This document shows, one piece after another, positions 37,401-50,367 of a DNA stretch of 64,000 nucleotides. The translations under genes were made by a program, and so were the position numbers. The notes beneath the pieces are model-generated. The model saw nothing but the letters and a program-made list of their open reading frames with translations. It did not search any database and was not told the DNA's origin. The stretch lies in contig JBODTK010000013.1 of the NCBI GenBank assembly GCA_050613775.1, forward strand, positions 1,240,001-1,304,000, given 5' to 3'. Within the stretch, counting starts at the first letter, position 1. Each line of letters begins with the position of its first letter. This DNA comes from Neocallimastix sp. 'constans' (Eukaryota).

Positions 37401-37880
37401 AAGATTTGTTACAATAAAAGCACCCTTTTGACGAAAAACACGAAACCTTCTCGAATCAATTCTACTCTTTTGGAATCTACCTTTTTAAATCTTTCATTAA
37501 CTCTTGGGCTACCGCTTATAATTATATTATCTTCAAAACAATCTTTTAACTGTGGAATACTCCTTTAAAACTATATTCTTGACTATTATCATTTGGATTA
37601 TCCCTTTTTTATAGGTTATCTACCTTTTTGTATTCCTTCCCTACTCAAAATTCATGCCCAATTTTTCCTTAGATTCTTCGCTGATTCTTTATTATATCAT
37701 ATTTTCAAATTAAAATTCTATCTACCTTTTTGATTCCTCTTTGAAACTCTACCAATACCTTTTGGATTTCTTTTAAAACTCTCAACAAAAAAAAAAAAAT
37801 ATATATTAAATGAATGAATAATTAGTGATTAAATAAATTTTATAATAAATCCCAATAAATAAATATAATATTTTTTTTTT

Positions 37881-38135
37881 GATAAATTATTATCTATAAT
37901 AAGAACTCTAGAACATTTTTCCTATTTCACTACTAATACTAAATATCCAATCATATGTCTTACAGATAACAAAGCCTCTAAAGACATATTTAAAGGAAGT
38001 TCACAGAAAGTTGTAGACAATCGTAGAAAAAGATATGTAGAAAGATTAGTTGAACTTAAAGTTAAAGGAATACATATAAAAGGAAAAACTAATGATATAG
38101 CTGATTGGTTAAGCCGATTTCATTTCTATAAATAA
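37881..38135 (+). pseudogene. Orphan RNase H C-terminal fragment
   Basis: DKLLSIIRTLEHFSYF...CLTDNKA...HIKGKTNDIADWLSRFHFYK*. Confidence 0.75.
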
Positions 38136-39469
38136 CTTAATAATTATTCTATATATTTCTATTAATAAATTTATTAGTATATTTTTATCCAATTAAAATA
38201 TTTTTATAAGAAATTATATTATATATTTATCAAATTAAATAGATTATATAAGTTAGTGAATAAATGCCAATACCTTTGATAAATATTTTTATATAAGTAG
38301 TCATAAAATTTTCTTTATTTTTAGTCTTTATTATTCTTTTGAAAAACTTGTTTATCTATATATGTATTAAAGTAAAGGCTTCTTATTTTAAGAATAAAAT
38401 AGTTATTAACAAAGTTTTTCTAAAAATTGTATACATGATAATAATAGTTAATAGTTAAAATTATATAATTATTTTAAATAAATGTATTATTAATACTAAA
38501 ATTATATAAATAAATAAAATAAAAGAAATTATTAAAGTCAAATCTAAATAATTTATAAAAACTAACATATTCCGTGTAAAGGTCTTCTCTTAAAATAAAC
38601 TATATCTCCCTCCGGACGTTTGAGTTAAAGTCATCCTTGCTCAAACGATAGTACGATTAAAGTGAACCAAAAGTAAAAGATCCCTCTTCTAACGAAGAAA
38701 AAGTTACGAACTTCTCCAAGGGCCCATTACCCAAAACTTAAAATAGTAACGTTCGGTTTCGCCATGGTTTGCGGCTCCACCAAAATCTTATAATCACAAG
38801 TTTAAATCTCTTATTCAGGTTTTAAAAGCAATTTTTTTTTCAAAAGAATAATCTTGGAGTGAAATAATATCTCAAGGAATATTATACATAATTAATTTTA
38901 TGACTGAATACAATATCTTATTCAAGGGAGATATTTGGGATATATTGAATTCTGACTACGAAAATTACTTTTACGAAACCACACCATTTGAAGAGTGTGA
39001 AGAAATTAAAATTTATTAAACAGGTTCAGCTCACGTGTGCGTGATAAATAACGAACCAATAATACAAGAATTCTCTGGTTATTTTGAATTTACCCGTAAC
39101 GATCTTTCTTTAGGCTTTTGGACTATACCCAAAAACAACAACATCTTTTGGCAAGCCTGTTTAGGACTGACCAGTATCTTCAAACAATTTAGACAGCAGA
39201 AATTAAATAATCAGCCTTACAAACTTAATACCTTATTAGCACTGCTATAGGAAAACTCTAGGACAGTCTTCAAACCTATTTTATGAATCTTCTTTTAATC
39301 CACAACAAATACATTAACAAACTACTAGAAAAATATACCAATATCTCTGACGATAGTCTACTATCACTTAGTAAGAAAAGTACCAAAATGACTGACACAA
39401 TGACTTTATATGAGAAGCTTCCTATAACATATTTAAGTGAATGAATATATAATATCTTAGATATATTAC

Positions 39470-39700
39470 ATAATATATTTAAATGAACAAAGACACTATT
39501 CTTAGATAAATTCTATAATAAATTTAAATGAACAAATGCATTAGTCACTAGATAAATTCTATAGTAAAATTAATTGAACAAATACGCTATTTATTAGATA
39601 AATTCTGAAAGAAAATTAAGCGAATATATATCATTTTAGATAAATTTTAATAATAATCTAAGTAAACGAATATAATATATTTTAGATAAATCAATACTGA
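39470..39700. repeat. Degenerate tandem repeat, ~5 x 44-47 bp
   Basis: Recurring tagataaattct...aatgaacaaa. Confidence 0.75.
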
Positions 39701-40002
39701 TAATTAAATACATATATTAGTAATTAGTTAAATAATTATAAAAAAAAAAAAAAATTATTAATTAACATTTTTAATAAAATTTATTAATAAGGAGAATCTG
39801 TATAGACAATCCTTATTCTCTTTATTTTCACTTTATTTTTCCTTAATTTTGTGTTGGCTCAGACGTAAGCCCTACATCTCAGCTCCTTCGATTAATATTT
39901 ACTGAAGGAATAGCAACACAAAAAGAAAAAGAAAACTTATAATTATAATAAGTCCAAATATTTCTGTGTCCACCTTTTTCAGGTAATACAATAAATATAC
40001 TA

Positions 40003-40236
40003 GGAGCGGTTAGAGCTCATAAGCAGAGTTTCGGCAGTTATTAACAAGTTTCAGTAGGTTAGAAACTATAGCCGTTAATTATTTGAATATAAATGGGCTT
40101 CAAAACCCTAGAGTATAAAGAAAGTGTGGATTAAAAGAAAACCACATCCTAACAACCAACATCAGCAGTTCGGTGGTTGCTCTATTCGAATAAGCTCTGG
40201 CGAATAAGGTACTATAGTCACCGAAGGCTATAGATT
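40003..40236 (+). ncRNA. Second copy of structured 'motif 1'
   Basis: Shares GGAGCGG(A/T)TAGAGCTCAT, AGTAGGTTA, AAGC(A/T)CTGGCGAATAAGG and GTCACCGAAGGC with 6011-6242. Confidence 0.7.
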
Positions 40237-41502
40237 GGTCGTAAAGGTAAAACGACAATAAAATATATAGTTCTTTTCAATTTTATTTTGAGGTCTAGTA
40301 TATACCTCTAGTTAGTAGCTTTTGCCGGTTATTTTATAGTTGTAAGGCATTAAAAAGCGAAATTTAATTGTATTTACCTTAAACAAATGACCTTCAATAA
40401 CTAAATTATTAATAAATCTATTCTGAAAAAGTAAGAAAATGGAAGAAGATACCTTTTTAAATGCCAATGCTACCAATAAAGATGGATTTGCTGTAGATCA
40501 TCGTTATTTCAAAGGATTCTTAGCCAAAATGAATCTAATATTCATACTTGATCCCGAACGATTTGCCAATGATCCAATAAAGGTTGCATATATCATTTCT
40601 AGACTCTACGGCTCTGCAATGAACTGGGCTGCTGTAAAGATATCTTATTAAGTGGAAAGGATATACCTTATCTGAAGCGTCTTGGGAACCTGAAGAAAAC
40701 CTCAACTGCCCATAAATACTCAAAAGATTTAATAAATCAAACAAATAAACTTATATTCAGAAAATGAATCTATAATACTAATTATACTTCAAACTTATAT
40801 TTATTAACATCAAATTTATTTTATCAATATCAATATCAATAAACCTTACTATTTTTACTTATTAATATCAATATTTTATTATCATATTTCATGTAACTTT
40901 ATTATTCACAGTGAATTTTTATGATTATCATGTATTGAAATTTTACACCAAATAATTATTAAAATAATTTATATATTAAAATAATTAAATAAATTTTTCA
41001 TAGTATAGCTTAGCCTAGTTTTGAGATTCATCTGGTATCCGAATCCTAGAGGAGGACCATGTAACGAAACTCACATCTAGCAAATTAATAGCCATGGTTC
41101 AGTGTAAGTTACCATGACCATCAGGCTGAACCTTAGGGTTCGACTCACACTCTTTCCAAACTTTAATAATTTTTATTTATTATAACTAGAATATTAAAGA
41201 AATTACTAGTGTTTATCGGTTAAAAAAATTGAACCGATAAAACTAAAAAAATTTATTTTATCAATAATATTTATCATTTTTATCAAAGATTCATTTTCTT
41301 GAAAGAAAACTTGTTTTCTTTAATTTTCTTTAATTTCTAATAATTACTAATAACAATTGATAACTTAAAATAATTATTTTCCTTAAAAACTATAAATAGG
41401 TGTAAAATTTCATAATAAAATGTTTTTTCTTGTGCTTTTATTAATTTTAAAGTAATTTAAAATATTACAATAATTAATTAATAAAATAATAAATTATATT
41501 TT

Positions 41503-41549
<47 letters not shown>

Positions 41550-43368
41550 TTTTAATAAAACATATTTTGAATTACTTTCGCTTCAAGAACCTTTCATTTA
41601 GAAAATTTAAAAAAAAAAAAAAAAAAAAAATCTAATTAAGATTTATTACAGATACCAACAATGGTATTATTAATATTTATAATGAAAAAAAAAAATTGGT
41701 TAATCAATACCCAGTTCAAGGAAAATATTATACTTTTAGATCCCATAATGGAAGTAAATATTATATAGGAGTTAATACTATAACTATAGAATTAAATCTT
41801 GTTAAAATTAATAGTTCAGATTCATGGCAATATCATCATACATAGTATTTGAAAAACTATAATTCATTAGCAATTACATATAATAATAAAAAGGCTATTG
41901 ATTATTATTTAAGCTTAAATAGTACTAAATCCTCAAGTTATTTCTCCCTTAAAAAATGTTCAAATACAACTATTCGCTTTAAAACTCTAGCGAACTATAA
42001 GGATATTGTAACCTTAAATGGCCGTACAACAACCCGAAATATTCGATGATTCAGGAAAAACAATTACCTCTAACAATAAATATTTATGTGTAGAAAATGG
42101 TAATCCTTAAGAAACATATTATTGTAGTTCAAATTTAAAATCAAATACTGGTTTATAATGGACTATAGCTGATGCTTAAACTATTCATAATAGTTTAATA
42201 ATCAATTAAGCAAAACTACTTTATTTAAAATGAAAATAAGTTAAAATAAGTTTAAGTTTTTACTTCATTATCTATCTTTTATATTATAATATCTATTAAT
42301 AAATTATTCTTTTTTTTTATAAATTATTAAAAACTAGATAACCTATCTATTTTTTTAATATAAAAGAAAACATTTTGAAAACCAAAATAAAATAATTTTA
42401 AAATAAAATAAAATAAAATTATAGTAGTTAATATAATTTATATAATTTAAAAAAATAAATAAAATATAATATATTATTAAAATTAAATATAATAAAATAT
42501 AATAAATACTTATATTTATAACGATTTAAATGTAATAACACAAACTATTTAAAATAAGATATATTAGACTTTTTAATATATATTCCTTTATTTATATAGT
42601 GTATATTAACTTATTTTAGAAAGATTCTTTAAATTTACTATTAATTATTATTATTATTTTTTTTTTTTTTTTTTTTGATTTATACAATTTTTCATTAATT
42701 TATATATTTTTTTTCATTAGTATATATATATTTTAATAATTAATAAGTTCTATTTTATTTTTAATGATTTATTATTTTTTTATATTTATTGGTTTTTTGT
42801 TTATTTATATTTTAAAATATAATTTTATTTTCTTATTTTCAATAACTTTACTAAATATAAGTTACAATCTTTTTAAAAATTAAAACAAAAAAATTAATAA
42901 ATCATAAATTATATATATATATAAATCATTGAATTTTAAGATACATACTAAAAATTTATCAAAAAATAAATACATTATAATTTGATGTAAAAATTGAAAA
43001 ATTTTATAATATCTAATTATATATATTTATTGTTAATAAATTTGTATGTACATAATATTTATCAATAATTATTATTTATTTAATTATTGTTTAAATATTA
43101 TTTATTTAAAATATTAGAATATCAAATAAAGATTATAGTTAAGGAAGCTAAATACTTTGTAATATTGAATTGATAAAAAAATCCATTGATATAATAGAAT
43201 TAAAAATCATAAATATATATATATATATTTTTATTATTTAATAAAGATATTAAAAAATAGAAAATAAAACTCAATATAATAATTTTATTTCATATTTTTT
43301 AAAAAAAATATATATATATAATATTCTTTATTTATAAATAAATATATATTTCCATTTAATTATGATTA

Positions 43369-44370
43369 TTAAAATTCATTATCTTCCTTTTGAACTTTAT
43401 CTAATTTTATATATGAAACAATATTTTTTGCAAACTGTTTTTGAACTCTTTTCATAATTTCGTCATTACTATATGTAAAAATAGCAAAAAAACCATTAAA
43501 ATCTTTATCATAGTTAACAGGTTGAACTGAAAAACTATAATAGCTCGCTTCATCATGAGGTAAATCTTCATGGGATACTAGAAAATCATTTCTCTCATAT
43601 TCATAAAGTTGCCCTTCATTTAATAAGTTTTTATTTTCATCTATAAAAGCTTTGATATCATTCGCTAATTTAACAAGAGCCAATTTATTTAAAAAACATT
43701 GATCGTCACATACATAATCAGAAAGGTTTTTATAGTTTTTGAAATATTCAGGATATTTATTTTTAAGATAATTTAACGTATTCTTAAATTCTTCAGTATT
43801 ATCAAGTTTTATTTGAAGGTCATATTCAATTAGGTCTTCATCTTCATTTATTGTTTCAGTTGGAGTTGGTGAAATAGTCGAAGTAGTTTCATCATTTTCA
43901 ATGGTAGAAGTAAAAACACTTGATTCAGTTTCCGTAGGAATAAGAATACTAGAGGATATATCAATAGTAGTAGAGGATATCTCAATAGGAGTACTAGAAG
44001 ATATCTCTTCAGTAGTTGAGAATATCTCAACAGTAGAGGAAGATATTTCAGTAGGGATACTAGAGGATATCTCAATAGTACTAGAGAGTATTTCAATAGT
44101 GCTAAAAGAACTTTCAATCGTACTAATTACTGTATCAATAGATTGGGAATTGATTATTGTTTTAATATTATTTTCAGATTCTGAATCCGATTCTGATTCC
44201 GTATCAATTTCATTTTTCAAAGGAATAGGGGTTTCAATTTCATTAATAATTTCATCCGGATTTTTAATTACTTTATTTTTTGGCTTAACAAAACATTTTC
44301 TCCCATGGATAAGTGATAAAAAACAGAGTAATATAACTAATTTTGTAAAGAAAAAATTTTTTCTAAACAT
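43369..44370 (-). CDS. Predicted secreted Ser/Thr-rich protein, 333 aa
   Basis: Hydrophobic N-terminal signal peptide-like segment, (T/S)IEISSS repeats, uncharacterised C-terminal domain. Confidence 0.8.
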   Translation of the reverse strand: MFRKNFFFTKLVILLCFLSLIHGRKCFVKPKNKVIKNPDEIINEIETPIPLKNEIDTESESDSESENNIKTIINSQSIDTVISTIESSFSTIEILSSTIEISSSIPTEISSSTVEIFSTTEEISSSTPIEISSTTIDISSSILIPTETESSVFTSTIENDETTSTISPTPTETINEDEDLIEYDLQIKLDNTEEFKNTLNYLKNKYPEYFKNYKNLSDYVCDDQCFLNKLALVKLANDIKAFIDENKNLLNEGQLYEYERNDFLVSHEDLPHDEASYYSFSVQPVNYDKDFNGFFAIFTYSNDEIMKRVQKQFAKNIVSYIKLDKVQKEDNEF

Positions 44371-44396
44371 TTTCAGTATATTTATTAATTAATATT

Positions 44397-44523
44397 AAAA
44401 ATTCTACTTTTTTTATAATACGTATATTTTTATTTATTGCCTTTAGTTTCTTTGTGCGATTAAAAATTCTACTTTTTTTATAATACGTATATTTTTATTT
44501 ATTGCCTTTAGTTTCTTTGTGCG
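44397..44523. repeat. Two-copy ~65-bp tandem duplication just upstream of the secreted-protein gene
   Basis: aaaattctacttttttta...gtttctttgtgcg occurs twice. Confidence 0.85.
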
Positions 44524-44855
44524 TAAAAATTTAAAATTTTATTATATTATATTTTAAATGAATCGATATATTTTTCATTTGATTTGATTTTTTTTATTAT
44601 ATATATATATAATTTTTATTTTTTTTTTTATTATATATATATATAATTAATTTTTTTTATTATATATATATATATTTTTTTTAAATTTTTTTTTATTATC
44701 TTAGAAGTAAATATTCATTGCTTTTATATTTATTTTTTATTTTTTGGTATTATTCTTTTATTTTGGTTATATTATTTTATATTAAAATATTTGTGTCCAA
44801 AAATTTTATTTTGTATTAATTAATTAATTAAATTGTTATTAATATATAAGAAGAA

Positions 44856-45232
44856 TTTTTTTTTTTTTTTATAGAATGAAGACTTATGTCTCCCCCATAT
44901 ATTAATATGGGTGTATGTTTAATTGTCATACCAGTATGGCATCGACCCTCGCAACCCCCCAGAAGCAAAGAAACTCCAGTATAGAGGCACTCTATGCGAT
45001 CCTCAACGAAAAACAGAGCCCACTATAGGTCACCTCCTTGCCATCCCAGAGGAGCTAGAAAACTGTAATCCTCTCAGACAAGACTTACGCAATGGAAATC
45101 TTAAAGTATTGGAAATATAGAAATTATACCTACCTGAGTATCATTTAACCTCTAACCTTTCACGCAAAACCCAGAGGAAAAATCGTGAAGATTTGATATT
45201 GACGGGGGTCGATCTAGAGACCTTTGGTATGA
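44856..45232 (-). mobile_element. SINE-like retroposon with partial tRNA-like head and poly(A) tail
   Basis: 16-bp TSD TAATATATAAGAAGAA (44840-44855, 45233-45248); poly(T) on plus; the 3' ~100 nt are homologous to 57750-57850. Confidence 0.85.
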
Positions 45233-47441
45233 TAATATATAAGAAGAAATAAATCTTTTATTTTTCACTTTATAATAAAAATTTAAAAAGAAATAAAAAG
45301 TAAATATTACATAGATATATTATATAAATTTTACTTTATTTTTAATTTAATATAAAAATTTTTAAAATCTATAAATTTTAATGTATTATTAATAAAAATA
45401 AAAAAAAAAAAAAATAATATAAAATAATTTATAAAAATAAAAATAAAAATAAAAATTAAAATATAAAAAAATTCTATAAATATCTTTAAAAATATAAAAA
45501 ATCTATATATGTTTATTCAATTCATTTTGAATGACTATGTAATTTTATTTAGACTATTACTTATTTAAATAATTAATTTCCTTATTTAATTTTAACTTCT
45601 GATCTAATAAAATACAAAATTTATGGATAAGTATTTGTTTAAAAAAAAATAAGGAGTCTCCTAATAGTTAAATATTTAAAATATATTAAATAATATTTAT
45701 AATAAATAAATTTATTTATAAATTTATTTAGAATTAAAAAATCTAAATGAACCAAATAGAAAATGTCATATAATAAACGGAATTTAAGTTTTTATTATTA
45801 AATGGCGTAAATCCGAATAAAGTCTGATAATTTTTCAAAACATCTTAAATTAGATAATCCTAATATATATATAAAGAAATTAATTTTTTTTTTTAATTTA
45901 TTTATTATTAATATAATTAAATCTATACATATTAATTTTAATTAGAAAATATTAATATTAACTTGTTAAAATGTTTATTAAAGAGATTAAAAAAATTTTA
46001 ATATATTTTTTGTCTAAATTTATAAATTTAAAATTTTGATATTTTCTTTTAATATATATATATATTTTTTTTTTTTAAAATATTTAATATTAAAATTTAT
46101 TTTAAAATATATATGATATATGATTAATATTGTAATTATTTCAATTATTATAAATTTTACTTTTTTGGTATACACTATCTAAAATGTAATAAATTTATCT
46201 TTATAGTCTATAATATATTATAATTTGTTATAAACTTTAATTTATATTAAAAAATATAATAAACAATAACATTTAATAATTCATATTATATGTACAATGA
46301 AATAAAATTTATTTGTATGTGTACAAGTTAATTGTTATATTTGTTTAACAATTTTTTTTTCTTTTTCTTTTTTTTTTTTAAAGTGGATTTATAAATGAAA
46401 ATCCTAACACACAAAGTAATTAATGCTTATTACAAATTTATAGATTAGTATTAATGATTAATTTAATTATTAAATATATATACATATATTATTGTATGTA
46501 TATTAATATTATAGTTATTGTAGATTTATAATATGTATTTCAAATATCACTTTTAAAACATTAATAATTTATGCTAAATAAATAAATATTATTCAATTAA
46601 AAAAAAAGAATAAATAAAACTAATAGTAAAACGAAATATAAAAAATTAAATTATTATTATAAATTAACAATATGTATAACATCTTTAATATATAGAAATA
46701 AATAATAATTGATTAATTAAAAACAGTAAATTCAATTTTATAAATTATAAAATAAGAATTAGATTTTATTATTTATTTACAAGTTTTTTTAAAAAAATTA
46801 AGATATCTAAAACTTTAAAATCCCTTTAATTATTTTTATCCTTATATAAAGATAAAACATAAAAAAATTAAAAAAAAAAATATTATTACATAAGGTTATT
46901 GATTGGAAATTAATTAATTAAACCATTAATTATTTAAAAAAACAATATGATAAAGTACGAAGTTCATGTTCAGTTCTTTTAAGGTTTATTCTTTAAATGG
47001 TTTATTCTTTAAATGGGGGATATAATTTATATGTTTTATAAAAATTATTTTATTTAAATTTTATTTATTTAAAAGAATTACATTTACTTATCATTATTTA
47101 AAATGTAAACTAACATTTATTCCTAAAATTAATATTTATTTTCATATTTTGATCTCAAGAATTACTATAATCTATTATTTATTATTCTTGGATAAAGAAA
47201 TAAAACTATTTCTAAGTATTTTTCTCTTTTATAATTATTTACTATAATAAAGTCTTCCTATATTAAAGTATAAATATTAATTTACTTTCATTAATTATTA
47301 AATTAAATATATAAATTAATTTCTAAATACAATAAAAACTAGATTAATACATAAATTTATGATTTTACTACATTTCTTAATTAATATAAATTTATTATTA
47401 ATTAGAGTTTTTATTTCTATTTCATATCAAATATTAATTAG

Positions 47442-50291
47442 TGTTAAGGTTCACACTTATTTTATGTACATTATGACATTACATAGTGTATACATACTTA
47501 TAATTATATAAAAGAAATAATGTAATTTTATATTTGAAATTGAGGTCTTTTATTTTAATAAAATATAATATAAAATAATAGTTAATTGACTAATAATATT
47601 ATATATTTATCATTAAGTGTGCTATAATTTCTTAACATATTAAGAGTCTCATTGAATTGAGACTAGCATAGTAATGTTTATAATCTTACAAATATTTTAA
47701 ATTTTACAAATATTTTAATTATACATTTATCATTGAGATAAATTTCCGTTATTTTAGATTTTATAAATAAATTATTAAAATGACATTAAAGAAGAAACAA
47801 AAACCTTCTTTAGAAGATAGCTCAGCTTCTTCTACACACACAGAAACAAGAGATATTGAAGATGAACAATCTGATAATGAAATTAAATCAGATAAAATCA
47901 TCATTCAACAAGTAAAATACATAGAAACCTCAACCAAATCCGTTTTCAATTATAAGGATTTTAAAATAGATAAAAACAATTTTGAAAGATGGTATGATGC
48001 ATTAAGGCGCCATCTTATAGCACAGGATTATGAAGATTATATTGATAAGAATATAGATTTAAAGGACATGAACAGAAATCAAATTAAATCTGATAATACT
48101 GTTCAATCTATTATTATTAATAGTCTTGATGAATCCTCCCAAAATTATTTAAAAGGATGCAAAACTGCTTTCTAAATGATTGATAGACTGAAAAGTCGCT
48201 TTTATCAATCTGGACAAGCTTTGTTAAATATTTTGGAGTACAAAATTAATAATTTAGAAATAATTAATAATGATTACATTTTATATTTAAATGAATTAAA
48301 TAATCTCTTCGAACAACACCAAAGTGAAAGTGAAAAAATTAATAAAAATCCACTAGACGAAGAGACCAAAATTTTATATTCAGCAACAGAATTAAAAAAG
48401 GTTGGAATTACAACTTCAATTATTTATAAATTTACGACATTTAAAGAATTATTATCCGAATTAATAAAAATTCATGATTTTGATGAAAAGGTTGAAATAT
48501 TAAAATCAACCAGTAAAAATTTAAAAGACATAAATATTAATAATGTAAACAGTAACATTAAAAGAAATAATAATAAAATTATTAAAAATAATAGAAATAA
48601 AAATTACTATTGTGATATATGCAAATTAAATGGACATTCAACAGATTATTGCAAATATAATAATCTCAATAAAGATAAAAATAAAAATCAAAACAGCAAT
48701 AATAATAAAGTTCAAAATAAAAGGAAAATTTTCCGTAATTACAATAAGAATAACTATCATACAGGAAATATCAATGAAGAAGAAAATAATTCATACTCAA
48801 CAAGTGATTCAGAAAATGAAGATGAATCACATATTTATTTCACCGGAAGTGTTACTGTTTCAAAATTCAATAATAATAACTCAAACAAAATGACACACTG
48901 GATTATAGATAGCGGAACTGGAATCAGTTTAACGAATGACATTAAAAATCTACATTATACATCCAGAGTCAATAATAAAAATATTATTTATCCAAATGGC
49001 AAAATTGATGAAATTAAACAAATTGGAAATTACATAGGAAAATTCAATAACAATGATTTTACATTATCAAATGTATATTATACATCTAATATACAAAACA
49101 ATTTAATCTCTACACATTCAATTTTAGATAATGGATGTAAAATAATTATGGAACAAATTGATGGTACTGACAGATTACAAATCTATAAAAACAATAAATT
49201 AATAGCTAATATCTTTGAAAATGACGAACATTTATTTACATTTAAAACATTCCCATGCAAAATTACATCCAACAACAATAATCATATTCATAACATCAAT
49301 TACGATTTATGGCATGCCAGACTTGGGCATTTCAACAATAACAAAGATATCAAATTGTTCGTTTTAGAGCATACTTCAAACCATAATAAAAAAGACTGTC
49401 ATCAATGTAAAATTAGTAAGTTAAAGAAAAAACCTTTCTATTCCTCTTTTAAAAAGGCGTAAAAACCAATGGAACTTGTTCATACTGACGTGGTTGGTAA
49501 ACTTGAGAATTCTTATCTTGGATTTAATTATTATGTTACATTTTTAGATGACTATTCTCATAAGGTTTGGGTATATTTATTAAAAAATAAAAGTGATGTT
49601 TATAATTCTTTTATTTTCTTTAATAAACACGTTTTAAATACTACACCTTACAAAATTATTAATTTAAAATCCGATAATGGCACAGAATATATTAATAAAA
49701 ATTTAATATCTTATCTCCAATCCGAAGGTATTAATTTTATTCACTCAACACCTGGTAATCCTCAACAAAATGGAAGAGCCGAAAGGTTAAATCAAACCTT
49801 AAATAATTGTGCTAAAACTCTTTTAAATTCTGCTAAGCTTCCTTTAAAATTCTGGGATTTAGCCATTCTTTGTGCTGCTCATTTATATAATTTAAATCCT
49901 CATCAATCTACCAACAATAATATCCCTTATGAATTGTTCTTTAAAAAACCAGCTGATATTACTCACTTGAAAGTTTTTGGTTGTAAGGCATTTTTTTACA
50001 ATAATCATAAGACTAACAAATTTGAAAATAATTCTAAACCAGGCATTTTTGTAGGATATGCTAATGATTCTCTTGACTATCGGATTCTTGACTTAGAAAC
50101 AAACACCATTGTAACTGCCAGAGATGTATACTTTATGGAAGAAGTACCTGGTACCATTAATACTTCTTTCTTCACCAATAAATATATTGATTCTATTATC
50201 AATTTTCAAGATTCTTTAATTGAGGGGGAAAATAATTTTTCTTCCGATAATAATAATATTCAATTAAAAAATCTTTCAAATCCTCAACAGC

Positions 50292-50367
<76 letters not shown>

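Larger units (their letters stand above)
36842..41650 (+). mobile_element. Non-autonomous chromovirus 'element E'
   Basis: LTRs 36842-37413 and 41060-41650 (TGTAAC...TTACA), TSD GACAC/GATAC, PPT AGAGGAGGACCA, and a gag N-terminus (40439) joined directly to a chromodomain tail. Confidence 0.92.
35130..42180 (+). pseudogene. Decayed host gene interrupted by element E (parts ~35130-36841 and ~41651-42180)
   Basis: Broken ORFs with Ser/Thr-rich segments; the frame reads KYDT|NNGIINIYNEK across the insertion. Product not identified. Confidence 0.55.

Noticed and set aside
43901..44392. Antisense and alternative-frame ORFs over real CDSs (e.g. 43901-44392, 22096-22440, 56480-56708, 66-461)
   Set aside because: Shadow ORFs of the identified genes with no independent motifs.
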